A stretch of DNA of 64,000 nt. Source: the human T2T-CHM13v2.0 reference genome, Homo sapiens. This document shows, piece by piece, positions 1-15,013 of this stretch. The position numbers and the translations under genes were made by a program. Position 1 is the stretch's first letter; each line of letters begins with the position of its first letter. The stretch lies in the NCBI RefSeq assembly GCF_009914755.1, contig NC_060939.1, one strand, 5' to 3'. The notes below the pieces were generated by a model. That model was not told the origin of the DNA. It saw only the letters and a program-made list of their open reading frames with translations, and made no database searches.

Positions 1-514
1 CGGGGAGCTCAGCCTTTAACAACAAAATTGAACTGCTCTGAGGCAATTAAAGAGAACACAAAGACTCCAACAAGTGAAAAGCCTGAGAGGACAGGAAAAG
101 GAAAGAACTGGGAGAGCTGATGGTAGTGTGGGTGGGTTGTGGCTGCGTCTCAGCGTGCACCAGCGCCTGAGTCGGTCGGGGTTGTTGGAGTCAGTTTCCT
201 AATTAAGACTAGCGGAGTGGTCAGATGCCACCCCCACTGTAACGAGCAAGCACTTCAGGAATTGTCTTTGGAAATTCACGGACTTTTTCTGGAGATTTAA
301 GAATCTAGCATCGAAATATCTAGTATCTCAGAATGATTTCTGTCCTGGTACTGTGGTCCTTTCTCAAGTCTATCATTCTTTACTCCAGTTCTAGTCTTAA
401 ACCTCCACCACCTTAGCATAAGACAAAACCAGTCCTGCATCGCTGCTTCCTGTAACCCCGGGGAGAGGCCCTCCTGCCCCATGAGCTTCCTCCTCCACCC
501 TCTCTCTAGATGGA

Positions 515-672
515 ATGTTCTCAAACTCCCAGGGGAGTATTAAACACCACTGATGCCTGAGTCCTACCCCCAGAGGTTCTGATCTAAAAGTGGGGGTGTG
601 GCCTGGGCAGTGGGGCTTTGAAAAGCTCCCTGGGTGACTCTAAGGTACAGCTAGGGTGAGAGGCACGGCACT
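515..672. mobile_element. MER5A1-like hAT-Charlie MITE
   Basis: GTTCTCAAACT ... CCTACCCCCAGAGGTTCTGAT ... AAAAGCTCCCTGGGTGACTCTAA signature. Confidence 0.6.
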
Positions 673-1033
673 GTGCTAGATCCTGGGCAGCAGGTAGATA
701 TCCTTCTAGATAAATATCCTGGGGGTCACTTCACCTGTCTGCTGAGGGAAAGAGGTGATGGGGAAGGCAGACCCTGGGCTGGGGAGAGCTGAAAGGCAGG
801 TGGCTGTGCGGGGAAATGAAAGAGCAGCGGCAAATGTCCCTACCCCCAAACCCAAACACCAGTGCTTCCAGGATATTTGTGAGACCATAGCCAGTTGTAA
901 AAGTGACTCAAGTACTGATTTTTAAAATGAGAACGTATCAAGAACGTATCATAGTCACTTAAATTTGGCTGACTAGAGCCTAATAGACCAGGAGAATTAA
1001 AATAAAAAAGTAATTATGATCTAGTTCTTAGAG

Positions 1034-1219
1034 CAGTGGTTCTCAAACTCAAGTGTGCAGCAGAATCACCTGCAGGCTTTGTTAAAACACGGATCGCGGG
1101 TCCTACCCCAGACTGTCTCATTTAGTAGGTCAGGGTGGGGCCCAAGAACGTGCATTGCTAACAAGTTCCCAGGCTTGTTGATGCTGCTTGTTGAAGGACC
1201 ACACTTTGAAAACTACTGC
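1034..1219. mobile_element. MER5A DNA transposon
   Basis: Terminal inverted repeats CAGTGGTTCTCAAA ... TTTGAAAACTACTG; internal AGAATCACCTG and AACAAGTTCCCAGG. Confidence 0.8.
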
Positions 1220-2633
1220 ATTAGAGTACTTCACAATGAACCCAATGAAATGATGTTTCCACCTGAAGCCATTTCTGTTTAGTTGTGTGAGGTCTGCCTC
1301 AGCTACTCTTAAAAGTGCTACAACACAAAACTGAATGAAACAAACAAACAAAAATCCCAGGTCAAAAAAATTCTTTTTGGATAGTTTGAAATATTTAGAA
1401 GTATTAAAATAATACCAATTTCTCCCCTGCTCCCTTCTTTCAATATCTGCTTCAAATATTTGGGCTTTGAGGATACCGTGGTATTTTATGAGATGATGTA
1501 TGTAATCTTGACCTGAAAAAATTATGTAGTTTAGAAAAGCTTCACTTACTTTTGAGCTATAGTCTTTGTATCTGAATGAATAATTCTAACAAATTGGTAA
1601 AACACCCTGGTCAGCTTTAGTTTGTGGGTAAAGCGCTATCAGGGATTACGAATATAAACATGCGTTAATGAGACAATGTTTGCAGATAGCTTTGCTAAAA
1701 GTCTACTAAAGCTGGCTGAAAGTCTAGGGAAATACGCCATCTTTGAAATTCTCCATTTTCTAAGATCAATAAACAAGAAAACAAGTATTTCACCAAACTA
1801 GTTCCTTATAGTCAATTCCTATTTAGTTAACCATAGAGCTAATTCAATCTGCTAGTTATCCACAAAATATAATAATGCAGAGAGGGAGGACACTATTTTT
1901 TTAAATGGGTAATATTGTTCCTGATTTATGTAAGATCACTCCACCGGGATACTCGCATAAAGTCATAAATGGGAAAGCAGCATGTGAATTACTTCTTTTT
2001 CTACTGTCTTGTTCTTTTATTTTCCTTTTTCTTTACTTTAATCGGATTCAGCCAAGGTCGGCTTACCATCTGCTCTTTTAGAGGTGCTCAGTTGCTTGGC
2101 AGGAGAATAAATTAGCAAATTGCTAATCAGATACCTCTGCCTCAGGTTTGTTTTATTTTTTAAAAGACAGGGTCTTACTCTGTCACCCAGACTATAGTGC
2201 AGTGATGTCTCGGGTTTTATTTTTGTTTTCTGTGGGTTTTTTCTTTGTTTGTTTGGCTTGGTTCTTTTTAATGTTTATTTGTGGTTAAGACCAAAAAACT
2301 TGGGAAAGCAGAAAAGATAACACCTCTCCCTAAAGTATGTTTTGTCAAAATCAAATTATCTGGCTTCTAAGTTTCCACATTCACTGCTCACAGAGATTGT
2401 AAATAATTTCCCAACTTTCCAGAGTTAGTTATTTATGTACTGCTGGCTTCAATTCAAGCAAAACCCAATTATTCTGTTTGCAATGTTAGATTTCTGGGGA
2501 TTGCTCACTTCATTTCAGTGGTAAAAATATAGCGTTAGAAACAAAGACATCAAGATTCAAAATAAAGTTGTCTTAAGTGGAAAAAACTCCAGCCTCGATT
2601 TAAAAAGTATGTCTTCGATTATGAACAGACTCA

Positions 2634-2816
<183 letters not shown>

Positions 2817-4226
2817 TTAGTTACACCAAAAATTGCAACTGTTCTGTGTTACTCCTGTTTTTGTTCTTTTATAGCTAAGTGTTCTTTACATGTGATGTAT
2901 ATCTGTGAATCACGAATAAAGTGATTTGAAACAAAACAAAACAAAAGCCTCACGCTTAACATGAGGCTCTTCACTTCTCCATGAGTAAAAAGGAGTTCAG
3001 TATCCATACCACACTAGTTTTATTTGGTCTCAATCATTTCAGTCTGAATGAACTGGGGTGTGTGTGCTAATTTCTTCCCAGGTTAACTGGTATCAGTGAG
3101 TTTCTAATACAAGTCAATTGGTGCATTTGGTAGCAAACATGGAAACACTGATGAGTGACAATCTGGCAGATCTGTTTGGCGCCTAGTTTTTTCTGGAAAC
3201 TTTTGGTTTGAGTGCCCCGGTTGACACAATGGGTGGGTTAAAACTGGTCTGTAGTTTTGTAGGAAATCTTTCAACTGAAAGAAACAAGATCTACAAGGAG
3301 AATGTCCAATCCAAGAACATCTATTTCTTTTGTTACCCTCAAAAAAGACTCCATTTAAGAAAAGGCTCTTAAGCTAAATCTCATTAGGCAAAATAAAGCT
3401 AAGAGATGAGGAGTCAGGCAATGGGTCTTTGAACCTCTAGATTGGAGTTTGAGTCCCATGATCTGGTTTTAGCCGAGAGTAGTGGCTGCTTACAATCTTG
3501 CTTATGCAGAGGATGGCAGAATTGTAAAGAACATGCGTCCAGGGAACAACTGGGGAATTTGGTGCTGCTTATATCAGAGAACAACCTTGGTAGCTTGATT
3601 TTACTGGTGTTGGTAAAACGTTAGATTAAAAAGTTTTAGAATGTTTTCAGGAGTTGACAAGTAGCAGTTTTTCTAAATCTTTCTCCTTTAATTCCATTCT
3701 GTCAGTGAAATCATTCTGAAGCCAAAACATGCCTAACTACGTGAAACAGCATTCTCACCTTACGGGCAAAAGTTGTGTAATAATATACATAGTGTAAGCT
3801 TTTGCTTGAATCATCTGAATTGGATGTTTAATCCCAAACACAGCAAACAGTGTTTAGTCTTTTACTTTGTAATAGCTGAGTTAATATGAGCAAGACTGTC
3901 AGCTCTTTTTTCCCTTTAAATAAAAGATCTTTGCTAATACCTACAGAACCAAAATATGGTCTAAGGTTATTAATCTTGTGATTATTTTAGTAACACTACA
4001 TTATACAGTAGATGACTGACTTTGTATTAAAGTAATTTCATTAAGCTCTTTAAAAGATTTCCACAGCAGATTTGATTGAATATGTATTTCCTTAAACTGT
4101 CATTAGATATATTAACTTTTAATCAATTAATATATGCATAATATAATATCTCACTGGATATTTATAGCTTGGCACATTGTAGATGCTCAACGAATGTTTC
4201 CTGAATAAATTTTAAAAATTAATTAG

Positions 4227-4511
<285 letters not shown>

Positions 4512-5089
4512 TGAACCTTGTGCTTAGATTAAGAACCTGAGTGTTCTAACCAGAAGAGAACCAGAGTTTTGAGTCCCTAGCGATCAATTGTATATCAGCT
4601 TAATTCATCCAACAAACAATTACTGGTATAGATACTACTGGTATAGACACTAAAATTAGGGACTGGAGATGTTATAAGTATAATGGTCCCCATCAGAGTC
4701 TAGGGGCAAGAGAGGAGAGTATGTGAAAAATAATTACTAAATAAAAGAATGTTAACACAGTGTGACCTTTTCATTTACGTGTATATCTTAGGCCTTCTAC
4801 CCACCCTCCAGCTGGAGAGAAGAATGCTGGAGGAAGGTAGAAACTTTGGCAAAATATTAGGGAAATATTCTGGTTGTAGCCACATTAAGCTGATCGTTGC
4901 TTCTCAGATTTGGGAATGCTTATCTAGGCATGCAATGATGGTGGGAGCCTCTTTCACACCCTAAAAGAAGCAGTGAATACTTTGCTGCATTTTTGTACAG
5001 AGACAGCCTCCTTGGAGCCAACAGCTGGGACCTCTCCCCAGCTGTCCTAATCAACAAGCTGTTGCTTTCCACGCCTTACAGATGTACAC

Positions 5090-5600
5090 CATAGAGAAAC
5101 CTGTGTGCACATATACATTCAGAACAGCCCTGTTCACAATAGCCCCAAACTAAAGACACCTCAAGTGTCCCTCAACAGTGGAACTGGCAATTAAACCATG
5201 AGATATTTATATAACTCAATACCCTATGGCAATGAAAATGAACTACACCTGCATGCCACGATGTGGATGGATCTTAGAAACATACTATTGAGCAAAAGAA
5301 GCAAGATAGAAGAATACATAATGTATGAATTGACTGCTAAAACCTTTAAAACAAGGCAAAATTAACCTGTATTCTCTGGGATGTGAAATTATGTGGTAAA
5401 ATGATAAAAAAAAAAAGCAAGGGAGTGACTGTCACAAAATCAAAGACAGTGTTTTGCTCTGGAGTGAGAGAGAGAGAGTGATTACAAAGGCACACGAGGA
5501 GCTTCTGGAACAAGGGTAACATCCGCTTTGTCAGGCTGCATTGTGATGGCAAATTTGTCACCGCACTGTCCAGTTTTCTGTGAAATATTATCTTAAGAAA
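5090..5600 (+). mobile_element. Old L1M (L1ME-type) 3' fragment
   Basis: Degenerate TGTTCACAATAGCCCCAAACT...ATGGATGGATCTTAGAAACATACTATTGAGCAAAAGAAGC motifs. Confidence 0.65.
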
Positions 5601-7961
5601 AAGAGGAATGTCAGTTGCCATGCTTTTCTCCCCCCTAGTTCCCTGCTCTGGGATGTGGTACCCCGGGCAGAGCATGGCATCTGGAGGGAGAGGACCCTTG
5701 TTTAGAGCTGGGGATGGCTATACGTCCTGGGGGAAGGGAGAGCAGCCAGTGCCAGGTGACTGTGAGTCCTGACCCAGATCAGTGGTCTGGGAGCAATTTT
5801 TCAGAACTGAAGCTTCCAACCCCGCCCCCCTCCCCCGGCCACTCCCCCTCCTCCACAGGAATGACCCTTTCCTCAGGACTTTCATAGCCCCTACCTGGCA
5901 CTAAGTCAACCACCTATGTGTGTTTCCTTGACTGTCTTTACTACTTTTATATAATCCCCTCGGGGCAGAAACCACATCTCTTTAATCTTTTCACACATCC
6001 TCCTGCCCCTAAGCAGGAAAACAGGGCAGCCTGTTTACTTAGCAGTAAATACGGCTAGAAGAAGCTTAGATATGAGCCCCAGTTTCATCATTACTAGTTG
6101 TGTGACTCTTTGAGTCTCAGTTTTGCCAACTACAAAACAGACACAAACACACCAACCTCACCAGAGAAAATGGGCACGAAACTGCTTTGTAAATTATAAC
6201 TCACTTAAGGGCTTTAAATCATTATAAGTCCCTCCAGCTTTCACTGTTCCTGAGCTTTCCTGACTCTGTGCTTCCCCTAAACCTCTAAAACCAAGAACCT
6301 AGAGAGCCACTGATTAAAGGGAGCTGGCAGGAGCTCAGGAGTATTGATCAGCAAAAGCCACCCCAAACAAGGCCAATTTTCTTATCTTCCCTCCCCCAAC
6401 CAGAAACCATAGGATCTCACAGTCTGTGCTACTAGTGGATTCTAACTAGACCTTCTGTTTTCAAAAGGAAAGTGTGAAACTAGAAACTACCTGTCTAGCA
6501 AAATGATCATCAACCTGGGCTTTAGGACTTCCTGGTGGTCCCCCTACATTCCCACTTTCTGTCCAGCTGGGGAGATGACAAGCCATTTCCCTTCACTGGG
6601 CTTTAACCATTCACTTGTAAAACGACAAGTTTGAACTCCATGGCTTCTCATGCTTGTCATAGTGTTTTGTCTGGGCAAGGCAGATCAACTCCCTGGGTCT
6701 CAGTTTCCCCTTCTGTCAAATGAAGGAGTTAGGCTCATATTTGTGGCTCTCAACCTTGGCTGCTCATAAAAAATCAGGAAGGGAGATTTTTTTAAAAATA
6801 GCAACCCCAAACTAGCTGAGCTCCTACCTCAGACAGTGCTGAGAATCACTGTGCTACTTGATCTGACTGTCAGTGGATCAGCATGATGGCCCTGGCCCAG
6901 AAATGGTGGACAGAGTGAGGTGCTGCCTACTCTCCCACTGATCCAGAGCTTCAGGGCTGCTGGTTCTCAGGCTTGTCCTAACAGGCTGACCTCCTTGGTC
7001 AAGGGTCCAAGGAAATTCCACCAGTGCTGATTAACATAAGCATCTGGGGGGAGTTTTTAAAAATGCATGTTTCTAGGCCTGAAGAGTCTGAGTCAAAAAG
7101 TCAGCAGCAGGGTCCAGGAACAGAAATGTTAACAAGCTCCTACCTGCTGGGTGTTCTTACATAGACTTAAAAGCTTGAGAACCTGTGGCTCACTGGATGG
7201 GCAATGCTGCGTGGGCAATGCTGGACTCTCCTGGCCTGATTGTCTGCTAACACAGACAAATTGGAATTTAGCACCTGAGCCTATGAAGGGAAGAAGAGGA
7301 AAAAAAGGCTTTCCACCCCCACCACTTACTCACCCCACCCCGACCATTCACTGACCCTGACCTAGAAGCCCCCTTGGGAGAGGAGAAATCCAGTGAGGAA
7401 GGGCCACACTGGGGAACAGAGTTCAAGTTAAAGACCATGAAACAGTTGTCCCTTAGCTCTGAGCCTCCCTTCTCTAGAGTTGACCCTGTCAGGGAGCAGA
7501 GAACAAAATTAACTAAATGTTCCTTTAAACTGGGCATTAAAGTAATCTAAAATATCAGGCTGAATCAGGCAGAGAGACAGGCAATTATCTGGAATGTTAA
7601 AAAGAATCCAGACACAGAGCATTTTGTGCCAGCCCCATGCTCCCACTTCTGATCCCACTGAGACTAGGCCCACCACACTTACCAGTGTGTAACTATGCTC
7701 TTAAAGTCTCATTGGATATCTTATGGAATTGGGAACAGATGTGTCTGCAATGAAGCATTTTCACTGAAACCTAAAGAAGCAGTCTGAAATTTCAAGTCAT
7801 TCTGAATTAATCTGATATCTGATCATTGCGGCTTTAAGGGTGGAAGGGTGGGGTTTTCTATTGGGATTATCTGAATAATTATATTATTCTCTGCTTTTGA
7901 TTGAACCACAGATCTTGTTGAAGATTCTCCCGGGGTATGATGTTCCAAGAGCACTGGAGTG

Positions 7962-8036
7962 GTCCCCATTTTTCTCCCACTACCAGGCTCCCATAAGGGT
8001 CGAATGGGATCCAGACAGTGGGAGAAAAATGGGGAC
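7962..8036 (+). ncRNA. MIR4713: microRNA precursor mir-4713
   Basis: Hairpin with 5p arm TTCTCCCACTACCAGGCTCCCA (7972-7993) and 3p arm TGGGATCCAGACAGTGGGAGAA (8005-8026); perfect 24-bp inverted repeat at 7958-7981/8017-8040. Confidence 0.88.
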
Positions 8037-8513
8037 CACTATCACCACATTCCCAAGAATAAGAGAAAATGATGAGTGGAATAAAGAGAAGGGATAAATA
8101 CAAGACAAAGAGGGGGCATGGAGGAAACAAAGTGAAAGGGAGAAGAAAAGCAGTGAAGAAGATGTTCCAGAGACATTTTCACCTTCAGAGCAAAATTGCA
8201 ATCTATTTTTTAAAAGTTAACCAGAAAACCCTGGAATTTTACTTTACTCCACCCCATCTTGAGCTTGTTTTAAAGGGTACTTGTGCCAAGTCTACTTTAC
8301 GAAAGCACAGCACAGAGTGGAAGGGTTTATCTAAGATATTTTTTAAGTGCTTTCATTTAAAATGTGCAGATAATTGGTCTGAAAATTTTCTCCCAAGTCC
8401 TCATTTGCTAACACAGACATAGTCTTCAGAGATCTTTCCAGGTTTGCTTTTTGTCCTTTTGCAAAATTTTCTTTACCATCATGGACCAAAATCCCAAGTA
8501 AATAATCTCCTTA

Positions 8514-8722
<209 letters not shown>

Positions 8723-8789
8723 CTGTGGAAATCAAAGGGACAGAAAAATTACAGAATCCCCTAAAAGGTTCATCTATAGCTCCTGTTGC

Positions 8790-9015
8790 TTCAGAGGGTG
8801 CTGTACAGTACAGATTCACTTACTGTTTTATAATGTGATCAGACATTTAGGCAAGACTAATTTATGGTTACAAGTCAAAACAAGGAAGCCCAAGAAAGAT
8901 CTTTTGGCTTGAATTGCAGCATTTCTGACCTTGGTAGAGTCTCAGGTTCCTTTAGACGCTTGGTCTGATAGAACCTTATCATCTTGCCCTTGAGTGGGTA
9001 GAGTGACGTGCATTC
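8790..9015 (-). promoter_or_regulatory. CYP19A1: Promoter II (gonadal, cAMP-responsive proximal promoter)
   Basis: TATAAAA at 8832-8826; SF-1/LRH-1 site CCAAGGTCA at 8934-8926; GATA motifs at 8966-8971 and 8975-8980; CRE-like TGCACGTCA at 9012-9004. Confidence 0.9.
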
Positions 9016-9050
9016 CCAATTGAAAGCCAAATTTCTTGCCAAATTATAAG
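8824..9050 (-). promoter_or_regulatory. CYP19A1: Promoter and untranslated exon I.3
   Basis: TATAA at 9048-9044; donor AAACA|GTAAGT at 8824/8823 gives a 101-nt intron to the exon 2 acceptor. TSS approximate (~9020). Confidence 0.75.
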
Positions 9051-9499
9051 AAAATAAAGCTCATTCCAGAGGTGGAGTCATTTTGTGACTTCATCAGCAG
9101 GTTTTGTTTAGGCAATCTTCTTCCCTTGAAGCCAAATCAATTTCAAAACAAAAAGGCAATCTCCCAACTCCCCTTTTTGACCAAAATGACTTTTTTGATC
9201 AAAATAGTAAGTTTCTACAGTAAGAACACATTTCTTGGGCATCGTTGAGGTCTTCTCAGAGCCTTCCATCAGTTTGTCTATTGAATTCAAAGTGACTCAC
9301 TCAGGCCATCTCTAGTGACTTCAATGAAGATCTAAAATCTCTTGTACCATGGGCCAGATTAAACAGTATCCCTAGGGACCGGCCAACGGTAGTGTGGAAA
9401 AAAAGAATTGCAGAGGAAGAATAAGGGAGAAGAGAATGAAAGGAATGGGGAAGGAGGAAGAAAGAGAGAACAGGCAGAATAGGATGCCACCAGCAATAG

Positions 9500-9740
9500 G
9501 CTCAGGTGCCACTCAGGAACCTCATTCGAAGAGCAGCTAACATCCTGTGCAAGACAATCAATTTACAGTCTGATGTGCTGGTTCTGCTGTGTTTTTTAAC
9601 ATGCCATTGAATCTGTCTTTTCAGCCAGGTTTTGTAATCCCTTTACTCTCAGAACAGAGTTTCAGGGATGGTAGGTAGTCTGTAGCTGAAGAGGTGTAGG
9701 TTGAACAAACTTGTAGAGTGAGGAAAGAGTGAGTCATCAT
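9500..9740 (-). promoter_or_regulatory. CYP19A1: Probable promoter/exon I.6 region
   Basis: About 1 kb upstream of the ATG; consensus AP-1 site TGAGTCA at 9730-9736; possible donor GAGA|GTAAAG at 9647/9646. Assignment rests on recalled position; boundaries uncertain. Confidence 0.4.
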
Positions 9741-10456
9741 TAAATGCATTTTCAGTGGCAGATGACATACTCCAAGGTTTGCCTTTACTTAGACAGGGCC
9801 TAGAGTTTCTGTGACTTGCAATGGCTCTCAATCAGACTTGTGCTGGGTTTCACCTGTAATAAAATTCTAGATTCACAGCCAGGGCTTCTAACTGGATATT
9901 GGGGGCTCTGTGTATTCCTTGAAACACTGCATAAAATATTGTAATCGGCACATTCTAGTGGAGAAAGGCCATAACTTTCATCAGATTCTTAAGGAGTATG
10001 TCATTATATTTCTCCTCTGATCTATATGAGATCTTAAAGTCCAAAGACTGATTTCTGTCAACTACAAAATTTTTACAACATAGTTGAATTTATCCAGTTG
10101 TTTCATCATTTTATGTTATTCTACCATTTAAATAATCATTAATGCTTGGGTGCAGGGCACTGAAAATGCACTGGAAAGGTCCTTTGAGATTCTCTCCTGA
10201 AAGCACATTGTGCTTATGTTGAGCAGTTTTGTGGTTGTTTTTTTTTTAATATATATAAGTCGAAACTAAAAAGTCAGCCTTGTGTCTGTTATCATCTGGT
10301 TCCTTTGTTGATGACAAGCTATTTTTAACAGGGTGAGGTTTTAAATTTCTAGAGTGGAATTTGACATCATTCTGAGTAAGTTCTATGTGACTTTCTGACA
10401 GTTGGGACCCTTGAAGTTTCGATTTATATTGATGAAACCTGAAACCATTGTTCAAA

Positions 10457-10978
10457 GCATAAATGAGGAAAGTGGTTGCAACAAAAAGGATGAAGATGTC
10501 CCACAGGAAGTGATCCCAGCAAAAAACTTCACATTATAGGAACTTCCAGAGGTATTTCACAACACTGAAAGCAAAGAGATAAGATGCTGCAAGCTGATGC
10601 AAATTTATAAAGGACTATGGCAATTCACTGGCATAGAAAAGATGTTCCCTCAGTATCGTAAGTTATGCAAAGAGAAGAAGGCAAGCACTTTTAAAAAACC
10701 TCTTAGTAAGTTTATTTTCACAAAGAAAGAAAACACTTAAAATGTTGCATTGTTTCTAATGTTTCAAATTACTGTGTCCTAAAATATTTTACTATTTTTG
10801 TTTGTTTGTTCCCCTACACACTTATAACCTATGGTAAGAGTTTCTAATGCTTTGACAACAAATTTTAAAGGTCACAGAACAGTTTTAATTTTTCTCTTGA
10901 TTTTTAGGATTGCTTTGCACGGTTTTAGCTTGCATGGTCATTTTTACAGCCCCATACTGCCATGAAAAGTGAGGACTG
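10457..10978 (+). mobile_element. MER82 (TcMar-Tigger) DNA transposon
   Basis: ATAAATGAGGAAAGTGGTTG...GGATGAAGATGTCCCA...AAAAACTTCACATTA core; terminus AAAAGTGAGGACTG. Confidence 0.7.
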
Positions 10979-11096
10979 TTTGTGTGTCTAAAATGTTTAA
11001 CAGAGTTAAGAAGCCTCGTTTCTCATCTTCCTCAAAAGTATGTCATAAAGATCCCCGACAAGAGCATCACTTAAAAATCCAGCAGGGTAAGAATAT

Positions 11097-11486
<390 letters not shown>

Positions 11487-11499
11487 TAGAAAACATGTG

Positions 11500-11715
11500 C
11501 TATGTGTCAGATATTGGTCTAAGCACTTTAGAAATATTAAGCCATTCATCTTCACGACAAGCCTGAGAGCTAAGTCTAATTATCCCCATTTTACAGATGG
11601 AGAAACTGAGGCCTGGGGCAGTTAAGCAGCTTGCCCTAGGGCACCCAGCTCATATGTGACAGAGCTGGAATTGGGGCCTAGGTGGTCTGTCTCCAGAGCC
11701 CATGCTCTTTATCAT
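11500..11715 (-). mobile_element. MIR
   Basis: TTATCCCCATTTTACAGATGGAGAAACTGAGGC core. Confidence 0.8.
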
Positions 11716-13222
11716 GCCATTTTGCTCCCTATTATGGGATTTAGTCCCCACATTCATGGACTTTTCATTCATTTATGTTCACTCCTGGGCTATTTAGAAT
11801 GATTCCTTTTAAAGGATTAAGCTTTATGGACCTCTGAATGCCACAGCTGGAAAGTTCCTTTGAGATTCTCTCCTGAATGCACATTGGTTTTCCTGTTCAG
11901 TGGAACATTCTAATGGGCCACGTGGGTAGGTTAAACAGAAGCCTTCAAATAGTGGTACAGGAATATAGGAAGGTCCTAGAACTTGCACAGAGGTTGTTTA
12001 CATGTCCCCTCGGCCAGTAATACCCTCCCCTCACCCCCAAACACACATGTACATGCACATGGCCCTCAGGTGCTATGCATTTGCCAGGCCGTCTCAAATG
12101 CCTGGGTCTCCACTGCCCTCTCAGGGTCATTTTCTTGGGTCGCACCATTGTTATTTGCAGAGTGGTCTCTGCCTGCTCAGCATCCCACGTTGGCCTGGCA
12201 CCAAGCAGGGACTCTGGCCACTTGATGCACTAGGCCTGTGTGCCTGTGCTACGTGGAGCCTACTAACAACTTCATTCAACGCCCCACCAACCTCTGCATA
12301 AGAAAACGCGAGTCCTACACCCAAAGTCCTCAGCCTGAGTCAGGGCAAAAACCTCTGGGGACACAGCAGAGCCCAGGTGTCCTGGTGACCTGGGGGTCTG
12401 AACACATTCAGGGTCCCACAGTGCCACGAAGGACTCCCAGATCCCCTAGTACAGCTATAGCCCTAACCCTAGCCTGCCACAGGGAGGGGAGGCAGGCCCT
12501 GGCCTTGTGGAACTTCTGCCTAGCATGACCAGACCCTGCTAAATCCTTTTAGCGTGGGGGCTACTGGCCCAGCAGGGAAACAGACCCAGCCACCCTGGAT
12601 GTGAGGGCTGGGTGCCAAGCTTGCACTCCCTCTTATTCTCTCCAGCAAACCTGGCCCATCCCTCTTTCACACCCCAGCTCCTGGAGAAATGCATTTTTTT
12701 CTCTATCCATTTCCTCATCTCCTGACTTCTGCCTGATCGCACCAAAACCTGTCTCTGAGAGCTGACACGTGACCTTACTACTGCCTGATCTGTACCTCTT
12801 CCCTGTCTATGTTTGTTCTTGATCTCATTCTGTGGCGTTGGACCCATTTGGCCATTCCTCCTTCTTGTATCTGTTCTCCAGTGATGGTTGTGGCAGGCTT
12901 CTCTCATTGTTTCTATTCCTCTACAGCTGTTCTTATTCCTCCGTCAGCCCCCATGCCCATGAGAGATCATGAGCATCTCTCCAGCCTAAAGCGTTTGCCC
13001 TCTCTGCTTTATTCTCCTTTTGAGAACTCATTATTTTCCTCTCTTAAGCTCTTACTTCTGTGAAGGCACCTCCCCCTATTCCCTTCTTGCCTCTGTCTTC
13101 TCCATGTCTGAAGCACTGACTGCCTAGTGAACTCCACTATGCAGATATTTCACCATTACTCCATAGTTACGTCTAAAACCCAATCTGTCAACCTCCTCCT
13201 GACCTTCTCCCCCTGTCCTTAC

Positions 13223-13490
13223 TTTTTTATTTTTATTTTTATTTATTTATTTATTTATTGAGACAGAGTCTTGCTCTGTTGCCCAGGCTGGCATGCAGTG
13301 GTGACACAATTTCAGCTCACTGCAACGTCTTCCTCCCAGGTTCCAGCGATTCTCTTGCCTCAGTTCCCAAGTAGCTAGGATTATAGGTATGCACCACCAT
13401 GCCCAGTTAATTTTTGTGTTTTTAGTAGGGAGGATAGGGTTTCACCATGTTGGTCAGGCTAGTCTGGAACTCCTGACCTCAAGTGATCCG
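13223..13490 (-). mobile_element. Alu (S/J type) with (TTTA)n tail, slightly 5'-truncated
   Basis: Two-arm Alu sequence ending AAGTGATCC. Confidence 0.9.
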
Positions 13491-14708
13491 AGTCCTAACC
13501 TTCTTATACATCATTACCCCATCATCCAGCTTCAAAATATTGGTGTTTTGTACTTCCCTTTTCCCTTTACTTTCCTACCATATCCCTTCCCATCCCAGCC
13601 TAACCATATCCAGTCACAAAGTTCTAGGCATAGTCCCTAATAATGTCGTGTCCCTGTATCTCAAGATACGTCCCTGTATTTTTTTAATCTTCTGGCTTAT
13701 ATGTTAATTTTTATAATGGGCCTTAACCCTACCCTCTGCTCTATTCAAGATCAAAGCATATCTCAGTGGTCAGTTGAAGGCAAATTCCTGGCTTCCTTCT
13801 TTGCCAAAAATTACCCTACCTCAAACTCTCTAAGATTAATTGCTCTCAAAAGCCTCTGTTGTGAAAAATCTACTGAGAATTCCTGGTGGACCCTCAATCC
13901 TCTCTTGGCAGTCCCAAGCTCTAGTGTCTTCAAGGGCAACACAGGTGACATGAATGTGGAGAGTGGGGAATGGACTGCAGCACAGCCCTCCTCTCAAAGG
14001 ACCAGGCATGATGCCAAACAAACCATCTCTCCATGAGCCCAGTGGAGACTCCAGCCCATTTGCCGCCATTACTTAGTATCTGAACCAACTGTCACAACCT
14101 TCACGGAGCTACACACTGGGAGCTAGTCACTTGTGTTCTTTTTGCAACTACCTTTGTCTAGCCATGCTTTGGTGCCAGGCCATAAGCTACCTCTGAGTGA
14201 CTTTGTAATGTCAGCCATAGGGAACTCACCATTTTATCTAATGAAAGGATGTTGTCAAAGACAATAGGTAAAATCACTTATTTTTATTATTCTGAGTGGA
14301 TGTATGTTTGTAAATTTCCTCACACCTCTTACAGAGTAAAATGAGGCATTAATTCATGAAAAGTCAAATTCTTCCCTCTGTTTCCTCTCCTTCTAGAAGG
14401 TGAATTCCCAAAGGACAGGGATCTGTGTCTCTCTCTTTCAGAACTGTATTCCGCTTCTAGAACAGTGTCCAGGCCTTCATACGTGCTTGTTACAAACCTG
14501 TTGCCTGAGTTTGCACTGTCTCCAGCTTTGTCCGGCTTTTATTCCCCATTGTAAACTCTCCAAGACCCTCCTTCTCAGACCTTCTCTTTCACTCTGTTCT
14601 GCACATTGCTGCCAGATTTGCTTTTTGACTCAGCTTACATCACGTCAATCCTCTGCTAAAAACCTTTCTTTGCTTCCAGTTGTCTGCAAGACTTTCAAAT
14701 TCATCTTT

Positions 14709-15013
<305 letters not shown>

